In this document: piece after piece, positions 47,389 to 58,275 of the stretch
How positions within the stretch are numbered: position 1 is the first letter of the stretch
How the letters are laid out: each line of letters opens with the position of its first letter
Source of the DNA: a virus
Lineage: Duplodnaviria > Caudoviricetes
Direction: 5' to 3' (one strand)
IMG/VR virus record: IMGVR_UViG_3300033153_005229
Span: 1-63,343 of that record
DNA length: 63,343 nt
Program-made: the position numbers and the translations under genes
Notes under the pieces: generated by a model
Told to the model about the DNA's origin: nothing
What the model saw: only the letters and a program-made list of their open reading frames with translations
Databases searched by the model: none

Positions 47389-48308
47389 CCCTCTTTAGTG
47401 TCTTCCGCACCAGCGAGAATCTGCCAAGCATCACCAACGGTATGACCAGTTGTAGCACCAAATGTTACCGTAACACCATCCGAGAGAGTCTGTGCATTAC
47501 CGGTTATACTAACACCAGTGGTCCAGGAACCTCCATTCTTTCTCCACCGGAAAGTATCAGGAGTTCCGGAAGCATCAATTTCAACATCGAAGATCGCCAC
47601 AGAAGTATCAGTAAAGCTACCTCCAGAAGTACAGTCATCCAAAGCCGCATCAGAATCAACCGCCTGAACATAGGTTCCAGTTGGAATGTTAGCATACAAG
47701 TCACTCGGTGAAGAGGACCCGGCACGGCAGTGCTTGATACCATGAGTTCCAGGGGTCATAGCAGTCCAAGTTGGAGTCCCCTCTGTTCCTTCATTGAATT
47801 GAAACTGAAGGCCAGGGTCGTTCCCCGTGTATGTGTATCTAGCTGTCACGTCAAATCCCATAGCGGCCGAAGTCGTCAAATCGGAAGGAATCTCGATAAA
47901 CATATTAAAGGTTGCTCTGTTACCTGATGTAAGAATACTACCATCCTGCTCAACGTAGTTGGTGTTACCCTTCATCCGGTTAGGATTGGCATCACCGGCC
48001 GAAGCAGTTAGCTTCCTCCAAATCTTGCTAGATGGAGCGGCGTTACTGGTATCCAAGAAATGAATCATGGACTTGCTACCATTTTTGGTAGTCCCAGCAA
48101 ATATATCGTTTTCCGTGGTTTCCAAATCATCAATAGTGGGAAATGTCTCGTCATTATCCCAACACTCCCACTTAATCAAACTGGATAGGTCATCAGAAGC
48201 AGCATAGACGGCAAATACGTTCCTTGCGTCACTTCCATGCCCATATCCAGTCGCATCGTTGGGGATTGCCATAAAGAGTTGAGACCTAAAGTCAAATTTT
48301 GGTCGCAT
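47373..48308 (-). CDS. Putative virion structural protein
   Basis: Thr/Gly/Asp-rich beta protein; SD AAGGAG; directly after the giant repeat protein. Confidence 0.6.
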   Translation of the reverse strand: MRPKFDFRSQLFMAIPNDATGYGHGSDARNVFAVYAASDDLSSLIKWECWDNDETFPTIDDLETTENDIFAGTTKNGSKSMIHFLDTSNAAPSSKIWRKLTASAGDANPNRMKGNTNYVEQDGSILTSGNRATFNMFIEIPSDLTTSAAMGFDVTARYTYTGNDPGLQFQFNEGTEGTPTWTAMTPGTHGIKHCRAGSSSPSDLYANIPTGTYVQAVDSDAALDDCTSGGSFTDTSVAIFDVEIDASGTPDTFRWRKNGGSWTTGVSITGNAQTLSDGVTVTFGATTGHTVGDAWQILAGAEDTKEGWATT

Positions 48309-48321
48309 TGTTATACTCTCC

Positions 48322-51300
48322 TTATCTTACTTTACGTTCATCAGCTTTTAGTGTTTCAACTATTCTATCTATTACCTTGTTCGTTTGTACCTCCCTATCT
48401 GTTATTTTTAAGGTTTCAATTACTTTATTCGTCATCTTTAATGTTTCAACATTAAGGTCCGTTATACTAAATGGTACAACAACACATTCTTCAATATGGG
48501 CTCCTTCAATCACAACCGAATAAAAGGCTAATGAATTTGCTATCCTCCCACTCGTAAATTTATATAAGTCCATAGAACTCGCAAACTGGACCATATCAGA
48601 AAAATGTAGTGACATAGAATTATTTATTCTTTCCCTGACTACCTTGTTACCAACAATTAGATTCGCCTCCCGAGCAGTAGACATCAGGTCCAAAACTAGG
48701 GACTGATTTATCCTCTCAACTAATCCTTTATCGGTGTCAGTTGTATTACTTATCCGGGAAGTAACAAATTTAATCAGAGGAACTATCTCAGGAAATCTAG
48801 TAGTGGATATTTTTCTCCCAAAAGAACTGTGATGAATCCTTTTAGATTCCATATCCATAAAGTCAATTATATTCCCTAATCTGCTTCTATCCTCTTTATC
48901 TAAACCTAAGTCATTAGCCAATTCGAGTATGGTACTAACTTCCAAGTAGGTCCAATGATGTAATCTACTAGTTTGATAAGCATCCATATCCATGTCATTA
49001 GCAACTCGGTAAGTCAGAGTTTTATTTACATCCGGCAAACTACCCAGCCTAATGGCTATCTGTTTATTGGTAAGTATTTCATTGGCTATCTCTTCATAGT
49101 TTTCTTTGTCTAGGTTAAGGCCTTCTGCTATACGGTCAGATAACTCCTTGTTAAGAGATAACCATTCCATCAACCTCTCAGTCGTAAATTTATCAACTAC
49201 CACTTCACTAGGATTACGAGTAAATTCTCCTTTGTCCAAATCAAAAGATTGATGAAGTCTAATAAAGTCCTCTGGAGATAAGTCAGGTTTATGCGATATT
49301 CGATATGTCTGTTCCTTGTCTGCTGCTATTGTATGAATTATCCTTATAACATTTAGATAATGGAGATTAGAGCTGTTAGATATTCGTAACACATCAGCTT
49401 TATCTATAATAGATATATTACACAGGAATAGTAATTCCTCTTTATCTAACCCTAAATTATCAGCCCTCCTCAATACCTCTTCCTTATCAAGACCAAAAGT
49501 AGACATCATTCGAAGTATGAGTTCCTTATCAGAAGTTACCTCATTATATACTCGAACAAATTCCTCTTTATCAGATATGGAACCGTGGCCTATTCTTAAT
49601 CTCTCTACCTTGGATAACACTACGTCATCCATTAGTCGAAGAGCTTCCTCTTTGTCCCCAGATACAAGGTTAGATATGCCCACAGATTCATAATTCCAGA
49701 CATCAGATATATGTTTTATTCTTGTAACTTGTTCTTTCTCTGTCTCCATCCATTCAGCTATACGGATAGCATCACTGTATCTAGCAGAAATATCAGACAT
49801 CAACTTATTTATACTTACCTTATCTGGAATTGACTCGGAGGCCAACCTTACGAACTCATGTTTTTGTTCTATTAGGTCATTCTTTATTCTAATCAAATCA
49901 GAATAGCGAAGGTCAAGGTCATCGTGTATCCTTGAAGTAATTTCCTTGTCTCCTACAACAAATTCCATCATTCTAATTACACGGGTAAATATGAGGTCAG
50001 TCTCATTATGAATACGCTCAGTTATTTCTTTGTCCAGTTCTATCCCTGCCGCCATCTGGTCTATGACATGTTTATCCATAGACACCATGCCACCTATTCT
50101 AAACCGGGCCACCTTATTCCCAGATATATCCTGACCAGACCTTAATATATCTTCCTTGTCTCCAACAACTATTTCACATAACCTTTCCGCTTCATGTTTC
50201 TGAAGACCAAGAGAACTCATCATCCTTAAAATGTCCATTCTGGAAACATCGCCTTTATTATGCATCCTGGTAACAGTGTGCTTCTGAGAAAGGAGACCTT
50301 GGGTTATTCTCTCTATTTCTACCTTATCTAAATTGGTATCACCCATTAATCTTAACTTGTCTGATTTTCTAAGGTCAGAATTATTTACTTTCCTTATGAT
50401 ATCTTCTTTATCCAATATTGAACCATTACATTTTCTTATTAAATCTGAATATCGTACATCAATAGCATTTGATATTCTACCACTCAGCTCCTTATCACCA
50501 ATGATAATATTACATATTCTCTCTATTTCTACCTTATCTAAATTGGTATCACCCATTAATCTTATAGCCCCATACTTCACAGGGGTTAACGAATTGTCAA
50601 TTCTCAACTCTCGATGAAATCTTAATGCTGCCGAATGGGCTATTCTCTCAACCCCCCAATTATCCTCACCCTCCTCTGTTCCTAAGGTAACCTCTGGGGG
50701 ATTAGAAACCCAATGTTTTATATACAGAGCGTCCCAACACCAAATGCCACCGGTCGCTGTCGATTCACAACCCATCCCGAAATGTGTTGCCGATATCATG
50801 TGGTTGTCATTAGTAAGTAAAACTTCATCACCTATGGAAGCTGATACACCGTTCTCATTGATAATGAATTTACAGAGATAATATTGACCGGCAACTTTAA
50901 CATCACCGACTTCCGTGTAAGAACCACCCGATTTTTTATAAACACATTTTTTATTCTCAGCGAAACCAATTCGAATATACTTTGAACTTGACGAATCATA
51001 TAACTCGACATAACCATAATCTTTTGGCGTATCGAGCCACATCCTTATAGTAATTTCATGTTTGTTTAAATTATGTGCCGTCCGAATATTGCATGCTGTT
51101 GTTTGATTTAAGAGAACGGCAAATTTATCTCCATCCCATAATTTATTGGTATGCGATTGATTCCATACATCACGGTCATAAGCGGCAATAACAAGGAAAT
51201 CATTATCACCAGACCAATTGGACGACGTATTTAATTGAGCGTTCGATGTTATCGTTTCAAAACCATCATAAAAGGGATAGATATTTGAATGGTCGTTCGC

Positions 51301-53646
51301 CGCCTCAGTAGATTCATAGGGTTCATTATGGTACTCCCAATACCTAGAGTGGGCAGATGGATATGGATTATTTGGAGAAATAGCCTCTAGAGTTCCAAAT
51401 TCTATAATAGTATCCTCAGCACGGAATCTATCACCTGGAAGTCTGTCCACCTCTGTATGAACATAGGAGCCATTAATCAAATCAGTCCTTATAATTCTAA
51501 TATCATCACCATCTGGAAGAGTATAAGGGTAGAAATTATTTATTCTAAAATACCCTATATCACATCTCCCATATACACAAATAGCATGAACACCTTCCGA
51601 CACATCGTAAACGACTGGGTCGAGAACATACAACAATGGCGCACCAAACGCTGTATTTTTTGATAAATATTTACCTGTCCAAGATGCACCATAATTAGTT
51701 CCCTTGTATCTATATAATTCCATGCCAAACCGTTCCTCCGATGATTCTGGTTGTGCAAATAAAAATACATAGAGGTTAGTTCCGTCGAGAATCAATCCAC
51801 CTCCAAGCCTGTCATGTGCTAACTCAACACCGCCAGACGATATCTCTGTTTTACTCCATGCCGAACCTGTCCATTTAGCGAAGTGAAGCCCACAATCGGT
51901 ATGACTTTGCCAATTATCCAACGCTAAAAGATATGGATTGTTACTTGTATCAACCGTTAACCCGATACAAAAATAATTTGGGTCAGCATCCATGTTTTCC
52001 TCACTCGCCGGCATTGACCATTCACCGTCAGACGAATTCCATATCTTAGAACATTCATCATATTCAATGGGAAACATGTGTTGGACGCCCGGTTGCCAAT
52101 CATAAGTATCCCCAACGTACCCGGTTTCTTTTTCATACCAACTGGTGCCGTTTGTACTATACAAATAACTAATTGCTCGCGGACATTGAGAATCTTGTCC
52201 ATAATTGTCATGCCACGTAATTGTTAAGTGAAATGTACTATTTACATATTTAACGCTGGCATAACATGACCCTCTCCCATAATAATTATCAGAATAGTCA
52301 ATAACCTGTTTTAAGTTGCCCCACGTATCGCCGCCATCAGTTGATTTAAAATAGCAATAATATTCTGGTGCCAATGACCCTGCCTCACCACCACCTACAC
52401 GTGTAAATATATATAAATTTCCACTCGAATCTTCAATCATACCTGGATAAGAAAATGTTGCCGTATACCCTCCCCAATCATAACCTATGTCATCTTGTGC
52501 TGTCCATGCTGTTATATCCTCTGCATTAGTCGACCTTATATATTTGATGTCCGAATGATGCGCCCCATATAATAAATGTATATACCCATCAGAATCAATA
52601 AACAATGATGCCGCATAATGAGAATCAAATGCGGTTGGCGCGGCTATGACATTAACGGGCGTGTCCCAAACACCAGTATCTTTATTGCGTCGCGTAATAT
52701 AGACACGGTAAACATCACCGGGATAATTAAGTGCTAACCAACTAATATAGTAGTATCCATTATAATATACAATTTGATGGCATCCCTCGTTAACCGCGCA
52801 ATTATCACCACCGGGTATCTTCTCTTCATACCCAGTCATCATTTCAAATTGGGCTGTGTATCCTTTCTTAAGATTATCATGGCTACTTCCAAATGAAATA
52901 AGCCTTCTCTTATAATAATCGGCATCCCACCAGGGTGCATCGTATGATTCGAAATCAACAAAATTTCCTAAACGCTTCGTATATCCGACTAGGCGTAGAT
53001 TAAGACTTTGATGGAGCCTTTGAGTGAACTCCTTGTCAAAGTCTGATTGCCCATGAGTAAATCTTATATCCCTACAAAATGCTTGGCTAATTAAATGACC
53101 TATTCTATCCGTGTCAAATTTATCCGGAACAAAAGAATTAGCTAATCGTATAGATGGACCACTACCGGCTGTATAGTCAATCTCAACATATAACTGAGAT
53201 ATTTCTATCTGCCCATTTTTACCATCACCACCATCATAATTAACCCCTACCTCCAATGAAGCAAGATCAGCATACTCCCAACCACTACCAATTATTTCAT
53301 TACGTGTAACAAAACTAGTCCCTAAATCAACTACCTTTGTTCCATCAACATTACTTCCATTATATAAGAAAGGTATTGCATCGGCTGCCCCATTTACACT
53401 CCTACCCCTCCAATATACTCTGATAGAATTAATGGTATCACCATCAGATACATTTACTGGAGCCGATAAAGAACATCTGAATCTATATCCCCCTTGAGGA
53501 GTTAGAGCATCATCATCATACACATAATCATTATCATCAGCCGTAACTTCATCAATTAGTGCATATAAATCAGAACCAGTAGAACAATGCCACTTATCCG
53601 ATTGGTTATATGTATCACCGTCAGGTCTGAGAATTTCGGTAGCCAT
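48322..53646 (-). CDS. Giant fibre/adhesin-like protein: BNR beta-propeller and lectin-like domain embedded in a 14-aa repeat array
   Basis: Asp-boxes KSTDGGDTW, YSTNGTSW, GTNYGASW; DSDGYIHLLYGAH; about 50 repeats of DKExxxRxxxxxxx. Confidence 0.7.
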   Translation of the reverse strand: MATEILRPDGDTYNQSDKWHCSTGSDLYALIDEVTADDNDYVYDDDALTPQGGYRFRCSLSAPVNVSDGDTINSIRVYWRGRSVNGAADAIPFLYNGSNVDGTKVVDLGTSFVTRNEIIGSGWEYADLASLEVGVNYDGGDGKNGQIEISQLYVEIDYTAGSGPSIRLANSFVPDKFDTDRIGHLISQAFCRDIRFTHGQSDFDKEFTQRLHQSLNLRLVGYTKRLGNFVDFESYDAPWWDADYYKRRLISFGSSHDNLKKGYTAQFEMMTGYEEKIPGGDNCAVNEGCHQIVYYNGYYYISWLALNYPGDVYRVYITRRNKDTGVWDTPVNVIAAPTAFDSHYAASLFIDSDGYIHLLYGAHHSDIKYIRSTNAEDITAWTAQDDIGYDWGGYTATFSYPGMIEDSSGNLYIFTRVGGGEAGSLAPEYYCYFKSTDGGDTWGNLKQVIDYSDNYYGRGSCYASVKYVNSTFHLTITWHDNYGQDSQCPRAISYLYSTNGTSWYEKETGYVGDTYDWQPGVQHMFPIEYDECSKIWNSSDGEWSMPASEENMDADPNYFCIGLTVDTSNNPYLLALDNWQSHTDCGLHFAKWTGSAWSKTEISSGGVELAHDRLGGGLILDGTNLYVFLFAQPESSEERFGMELYRYKGTNYGASWTGKYLSKNTAFGAPLLYVLDPVVYDVSEGVHAICVYGRCDIGYFRINNFYPYTLPDGDDIRIIRTDLINGSYVHTEVDRLPGDRFRAEDTIIEFGTLEAISPNNPYPSAHSRYWEYHNEPYESTEAANDHSNIYPFYDGFETITSNAQLNTSSNWSGDNDFLVIAAYDRDVWNQSHTNKLWDGDKFAVLLNQTTACNIRTAHNLNKHEITIRMWLDTPKDYGYVELYDSSSSKYIRIGFAENKKCVYKKSGGSYTEVGDVKVAGQYYLCKFIINENGVSASIGDEVLLTNDNHMISATHFGMGCESTATGGIWCWDALYIKHWVSNPPEVTLGTEEGEDNWGVERIAHSAALRFHRELRIDNSLTPVKYGAIRLMGDTNLDKVEIERICNIIIGDKELSGRISNAIDVRYSDLIRKCNGSILDKEDIIRKVNNSDLRKSDKLRLMGDTNLDKVEIERITQGLLSQKHTVTRMHNKGDVSRMDILRMMSSLGLQKHEAERLCEIVVGDKEDILRSGQDISGNKVARFRIGGMVSMDKHVIDQMAAGIELDKEITERIHNETDLIFTRVIRMMEFVVGDKEITSRIHDDLDLRYSDLIRIKNDLIEQKHEFVRLASESIPDKVSINKLMSDISARYSDAIRIAEWMETEKEQVTRIKHISDVWNYESVGISNLVSGDKEEALRLMDDVVLSKVERLRIGHGSISDKEEFVRVYNEVTSDKELILRMMSTFGLDKEEVLRRADNLGLDKEELLFLCNISIIDKADVLRISNSSNLHYLNVIRIIHTIAADKEQTYRISHKPDLSPEDFIRLHQSFDLDKGEFTRNPSEVVVDKFTTERLMEWLSLNKELSDRIAEGLNLDKENYEEIANEILTNKQIAIRLGSLPDVNKTLTYRVANDMDMDAYQTSRLHHWTYLEVSTILELANDLGLDKEDRSRLGNIIDFMDMESKRIHHSSFGRKISTTRFPEIVPLIKFVTSRISNTTDTDKGLVERINQSLVLDLMSTAREANLIVGNKVVRERINNSMSLHFSDMVQFASSMDLYKFTSGRIANSLAFYSVVIEGAHIEECVVVPFSITDLNVETLKMTNKVIETLKITDREVQTNKVIDRIVETLKADERKVR
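48520..50660 (-). repeat. Degenerate 42-bp/14-aa tandem repeat array, including an exact 50-bp duplication (50305-50354 = 50515-50564)
   Basis: Periodic DK...R in the translation; the duplicated copies are 210 bp (5 units) apart. Confidence 0.85.
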
Positions 53647-53649
53647 TAC

Positions 53650-54087
53650 TTAATTTTTCTTTATTTCTTTCTCTAAGTTTATAAGATATTCAGGCCAACC
53701 CAAACTAGATATCTTAGAATAAAGCCGACGGAGGACATCAACTTTCATGTGATTTATCTGGGACTCCCAGCATAATGTCCGTCCAATTGTCTTTCCTATA
53801 ACTGCCCATTCTTCCTCAGTAAATGTTCCAATAGGTTGTTGCTGGACTATCTCCATAAATATTGAGTGAGAATTCCCGTAGTTCTTTATACCGTCCAGCT
53901 TAGCATCTTCGAGATAACAAAATAACATTGGATTATCTTTAAAATCAACACCCGTAAAATCCCAATCTTTAAAGTTTAATCCATATAAGCAAACCCCATT
54001 ATCAATTGCACATTGGACTAACTCGGGCTGGGTATCTGTAATATCCCCTCTTATAACCAAATTATCATTCCATGTTCTTATTTCCAT
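53650..54087 (-). CDS. Hypothetical protein with degenerate pentapeptide-like repeats
   Basis: VCLYG LNFKD WDFTG VDFKD ... AKLDG. Confidence 0.5.
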   Translation of the reverse strand: MEIRTWNDNLVIRGDITDTQPELVQCAIDNGVCLYGLNFKDWDFTGVDFKDNPMLFCYLEDAKLDGIKNYGNSHSIFMEIVQQQPIGTFTEEEWAVIGKTIGRTLCWESQINHMKVDVLRRLYSKISSLGWPEYLINLEKEIKKN

Positions 54088-54116
54088 ATTGGACCACCTC
54101 CACTTTAATTTCTACT

Positions 54117-55730
54117 TCATTCATTAGTTTCTTCTTTTATAGAAATTACATCAAGGCCAACCCTCTTCTCTAGCTTATCCTTTATCCTTACCATCGCCTT
54201 TACTACCTTATCCTGTAGGTCCCCATCTTCAGCTTCCTCACCAGCACCTATTTGTGAAAGGAGACCAAGTGGTATCTTGTAATATTCTTCTGGTATCTCA
54301 CCAACCGGAGTATTTGTCAATTCGGCAACAGCCTCAACAATAACACCGATTGGAATTGCTTCCTTGACCTTGGACATAGCATCAACTACCTCTCCATCAT
54401 CAGTTGTCTTACCACCAAGAGTCTTGAAGTTCCAATAGTTAATCCGAAGATTAGAAAAGATGTGCCTGTTTATTACATAGTCGAATTCTCTGCGCTCCGG
54501 TTCGAATACCTGTTCCTCCGCTACCCGTGCCGCCTCCATAGCGGTCGCTCTCGTATAATCATCGGACCGACCACTGTATATAGGAGGGAGGCGGAATGAG
54601 GCGCTTAGGTCCTTTGTATTCTCCTTTCTATAATCCATAAATAAGCCATCGTCCTGAATAAATTGAGTTAAGGGCTTAACATCGATTTTCACAGGAGAAA
54701 CCTTCTCACCCTCAATTAATCCTACGTTTGCCGGCGAAGCCTCAATCACTAAAGCCTTATGAAAATTATCAACACCTTTTAATTCCTTTTCAAAGATGTC
54801 TTGGAGCTTTGTCATACTTTCAGAGGTCAAGGCTCCGCCGGAAACGGTAATGACCAACGGAGGGATGGTCTTATTATCAAAAAACAAGAAATTTATTTCC
54901 TCGGCTTTACGTGAACCAAATATACCCATAATATGTCCCATCCATCTAGGAAGACCATAAGGACTATAAGCACAGGGTAACTTAAAAAATAATAATTCAT
55001 TTGCTCTGTTATCCTCTGATATGGAATCACCCACCTTACCAGTATTACAATTAATATCTCTTGGGTCACCAAATTCCTTGAACCAAACTTTCTTATCACC
55101 GGATAACTGCTGGGCGAACCTCCTAAATTTCTTCTTACTCTTCCTCTCAATATACCTGCCATTTTCATCTCTTACCATCTGAGTGAACTCTGTAAATTCT
55201 TCGTCCGGGTATGACATACGGAGGGTATAGGAAGGAATGATATAGAATTCAGCTATCTCCCCTCCACGGTTTCTTACTATTTCAATACCAGCAAACCCCG
55301 TCCCCTCCAGGTCTCGCCTTAGACGCTTCCTTAATTTGGTAAAGTCCTCATCAGGGTTACAATAGTTGAATAATGCCTCTAAGGTGTACTTCTCCTTCTT
55401 CGCCTCGGCGTTATCCTCGCTGAAATTAGGGTCATCCCTTACATGGGGAGCTTTAACCAAGTCCCAACCGAATCCTTCAACGTTTGTTTCCATAGCTGTT
55501 ATCAGAGCATTCAATGGCCCCGATATTTCAACCATCTGGGCTAAGGTTAGTGGATTGTAAGGTGGCGCAACTAATTTGTCTGGGGCAGCTGTTCCATATA
55601 GATTTTGGAAGGGGTCCTCTATTTTGCTTCCTGATGAGCCTTCGGCTTTGAGGACCCTTCCAAAGAAATGCGCTGAAACCTCGTTAGGTAGGTAATGTCC
55701 TACTTCTTTACTTTTATTTTCATCACCCAT
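54117..55730 (-). CDS. Portal protein (PBSX XkdE-like)
   Basis: PPYNPLTL...DLEGTGFAGIEIVRNRGG...NELLFFK...YGLPRW...FFDNKTIP...FRLPP; follows TerL. Confidence 0.92.
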   Translation of the reverse strand: MGDENKSKEVGHYLPNEVSAHFFGRVLKAEGSSGSKIEDPFQNLYGTAAPDKLVAPPYNPLTLAQMVEISGPLNALITAMETNVEGFGWDLVKAPHVRDDPNFSEDNAEAKKEKYTLEALFNYCNPDEDFTKLRKRLRRDLEGTGFAGIEIVRNRGGEIAEFYIIPSYTLRMSYPDEEFTEFTQMVRDENGRYIERKSKKKFRRFAQQLSGDKKVWFKEFGDPRDINCNTGKVGDSISEDNRANELLFFKLPCAYSPYGLPRWMGHIMGIFGSRKAEEINFLFFDNKTIPPLVITVSGGALTSESMTKLQDIFEKELKGVDNFHKALVIEASPANVGLIEGEKVSPVKIDVKPLTQFIQDDGLFMDYRKENTKDLSASFRLPPIYSGRSDDYTRATAMEAARVAEEQVFEPERREFDYVINRHIFSNLRINYWNFKTLGGKTTDDGEVVDAMSKVKEAIPIGVIVEAVAELTNTPVGEIPEEYYKIPLGLLSQIGAGEEAEDGDLQDKVVKAMVRIKDKLEKRVGLDVISIKEETNE

Positions 55731-55731
55731 G

Positions 55732-57339
55732 TTATCTCCTTACAGGTTTATCTACTCTCTTCATTGTTATCCGTTGCTGAGACCGTTTCCATCTGGTAGC
55801 TCCAGTCTCAGCAATCCAAGCAGCCATAACAATATCATCATGGACATTCATTCCTAAAGAGTGGAACTCCTCGACCACCTTATCCGTTATCTGCTTGTCC
55901 TCTTCGGTTTTATATGGTAAACTATATTTTCTATTCTCAAACATTACAGCCAAGGAAGGGACACCTTGATAGAAGTCAGTTTTATTCCCACCTGTATGAT
56001 GTTTAACCAATTTGATATCTTCCCTCTCAATAAGATTATAAGCGTAGATAGCCCCAAAGGCGTTAGTCTCTAAGAAGTGTAGGTTAGCATTAAACCTACC
56101 ATTCTCCTGTACTATATTCTTTTCTACCTGAGCTGGTGAATTACCTCTGGTTCTAAATAGCCCTATCAAATCTCTATTTCCTTTTGGTCTTATACCAATT
56201 GTCCAGATAACATGAAAGTCCGAATCATTTGCTTCAGCTGTCTGCTTAGAGGTAATGAGGGATGGGTCATCTCCCTGTATAATCGCAAGATATTTCTTCC
56301 GGCGTTCCTTGGATAAATTACCAATGACATAACTGAGGTTCTCATCCCGGCACTGCTCCAACCACTTAAGCTTAAATATAGCATTCTCATCATCGACAAT
56401 AACATTTTGATACTCTCGATTAAATAACACCGAACCAATAAGGTATCGTAAGAGGAGAAGGTCCTCCATAGACCACTTCTCGGGCCAGAGGACCTCCCCT
56501 CTATCTTTACTGTGAATTACAACTTTGAACCAAATTTCTGTTCCATCATCTTCTATAATCGGTTCGTCTAATTCAACTATCTCCCACTTAGCCGGCTCAC
56601 GTATAATAGCAACGTCACGGTGGACAGCCCACATCTTATTTTTAATAAAGGAACCATATACATCATCAAAGTGTTTCCTCGTACCAATAACAGATATACG
56701 ACCACCTGGTTCGAGTAATGGGATGAGTGTATCATTAACATAGTCCCTATATTTAGCGCGCTGGTCCTCTGTACGCACCACTAGACTGTCAATAATGTCG
56801 TCTAGGATAATCCAATCGAATCGTCCACCTGTAACCGCCCCCATAATACCAATCGCCTCTACAGTCGGGTCTTTTAAATTCTCGGGACGGATTACGTATA
56901 TCTGTTTCTTCTCCCACGTATTATCAATCGTATAGAAAGCACCAAAGTCCCTCTTCAGTCTTTCGTTGTCCTCCAACTCAGCTTTGACAACACTAAGGGA
57001 TTTTATTGATAAACCTGATGCCTGAGATACCAGGAGGATTCTTATATTACGGTTCCTTACTATCTCCCATGTTATAGCTATCCTACAAAGCGTTTCCGTC
57101 TTCCCGTGGTCTCTGGGTCCTAACGTAAGGGCTTGTTTGTGTTTTATAAAATGTTGAATCCACCTTATATGATGCGGATAGAGGTATATACCAAAATAAT
57201 ACCAAGCAAAGAACCGTACATTCCTAACGGCAACGTATCGCCTGGTCTCTTTAAAGGAAAGGATGATGAAGGATAAGGATTTGGAAATCTGCTCCGCATC
57301 CATTTTGGCCTTGCGTTTTTTCTTTACTTTAGTTGGCAT
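55732..57339 (-). CDS. terL: Terminase large subunit
   Basis: Walker A GPRDHGKT, TGGRFDWIILDD, IGTRKH, LWPEKW, FNREYQN, nuclease GDDPS and HDDIVMA. Confidence 0.95.
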   Translation of the reverse strand: MPTKVKKKRKAKMDAEQISKSLSFIILSFKETRRYVAVRNVRFFAWYYFGIYLYPHHIRWIQHFIKHKQALTLGPRDHGKTETLCRIAITWEIVRNRNIRILLVSQASGLSIKSLSVVKAELEDNERLKRDFGAFYTIDNTWEKKQIYVIRPENLKDPTVEAIGIMGAVTGGRFDWIILDDIIDSLVVRTEDQRAKYRDYVNDTLIPLLEPGGRISVIGTRKHFDDVYGSFIKNKMWAVHRDVAIIREPAKWEIVELDEPIIEDDGTEIWFKVVIHSKDRGEVLWPEKWSMEDLLLLRYLIGSVLFNREYQNVIVDDENAIFKLKWLEQCRDENLSYVIGNLSKERRKKYLAIIQGDDPSLITSKQTAEANDSDFHVIWTIGIRPKGNRDLIGLFRTRGNSPAQVEKNIVQENGRFNANLHFLETNAFGAIYAYNLIEREDIKLVKHHTGGNKTDFYQGVPSLAVMFENRKYSLPYKTEEDKQITDKVVEEFHSLGMNVHDDIVMAAWIAETGATRWKRSQQRITMKRVDKPVRR

Positions 57340-57351
57340 ATTAAAATGTAG

Positions 57352-57894
57352 TTATTGTTCGCTTCTGAACTTGGCCTTCTCTAATTTTGGGGCTCCGGCC
57401 GAGTCCACGATATAACTACCTATTGATTGAATTGTTTTCTCATCGAGCTTTGTTAGTATGGCAAGGGCTGTTTTCAATTCCTCTGATACCTCTTTATCTT
57501 CCTCTTCAATATCACCAGCCCTACCTATCAGTAAATCCTGAGCGCGTACCAAGCGGTCAACCTTATCAATGTCCATGTTCTCACCATCATCCAATTGCTC
57601 CTCGATATTCTCTATCGCCTTATCCAATATCTTGATGTTCCTTACTCGACGGTTGACTGCTCTGTTATTTAACTTGGATTGAATTCTCTTATCTATCTTA
57701 TCTACTTGGATGTCCCACTTGAGTTCTTCGCGATAGCGGTTAACTGTTTTGCGGTGAACACCACATCTCTTGGCCACGTCACTAACACTCCGCTTTTCTT
57801 GATAGACCAAAAACATCTTCTGTAATTTCTTTGGGTCTAACTTGCGGAACCCTTTAGTAGCCGCGCCTTTATTGTTACCGTTACCGTTCGTCAC
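57352..57894 (-). CDS. terS: Terminase small subunit (HTH)
   Basis: SVSDVAKRCGVHRKTVNRYREELKW HTH; directly upstream of TerL. Confidence 0.75.
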   Translation of the reverse strand: MTNGNGNNKGAATKGFRKLDPKKLQKMFLVYQEKRSVSDVAKRCGVHRKTVNRYREELKWDIQVDKIDKRIQSKLNNRAVNRRVRNIKILDKAIENIEEQLDDGENMDIDKVDRLVRAQDLLIGRAGDIEEEDKEVSEELKTALAILTKLDEKTIQSIGSYIVDSAGAPKLEKAKFRSEQ

Positions 57895-58275
57895 TTCTTC
57901 TAAACCTTTTATTTCTTATATACAATCTTAGTAGATTTTCTTTTGAATAAATGGTCGCTTATTTGCGCTGGGTAGGGATAACACCTTAATAACAGTCGCT
58001 TTAACCAGTTGTATAATATGCCACCGGTCCTTACTTATTTCAACCTTAATTTCCAATTGGAGTTTTTGTGTTAATTCTGCTACATCCTTAAATTTATTCT
58101 ATAGTGTTTCCTTATCGACCTCAAACATAGTGAGCTATCTTCTTAAGATTTTCCTTTTTTGACCTCATATCGTAACTCGTTCCATTAGCCCGACATTCAT
58201 TTTATTAGAAACCCTTACCTTAGACACCCTCTCAAATGTCTCGTGACCATTTTCACCCTTAACCATTATATCCAT

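Noticed and set aside
50305-50564. 50-bp duplicate as a DGR template/variable repeat pair
   Set aside because: The copies are identical (no adenine-specific differences), in register with the 42-bp repeat, and no reverse transcriptase is encoded.
1359-57339. Introns, inteins or homing endonucleases in PolA, helicases or TerL
   Set aside because: The ORFs are continuous and of normal size, with no intein, LAGLIDADG, HNH or GIY-YIG motifs seen.
58099-58101. TAG reassignment (alternative genetic code)
   Set aside because: Core genes are intact in the standard code and several end in TAG; no suppressor tRNA was seen.
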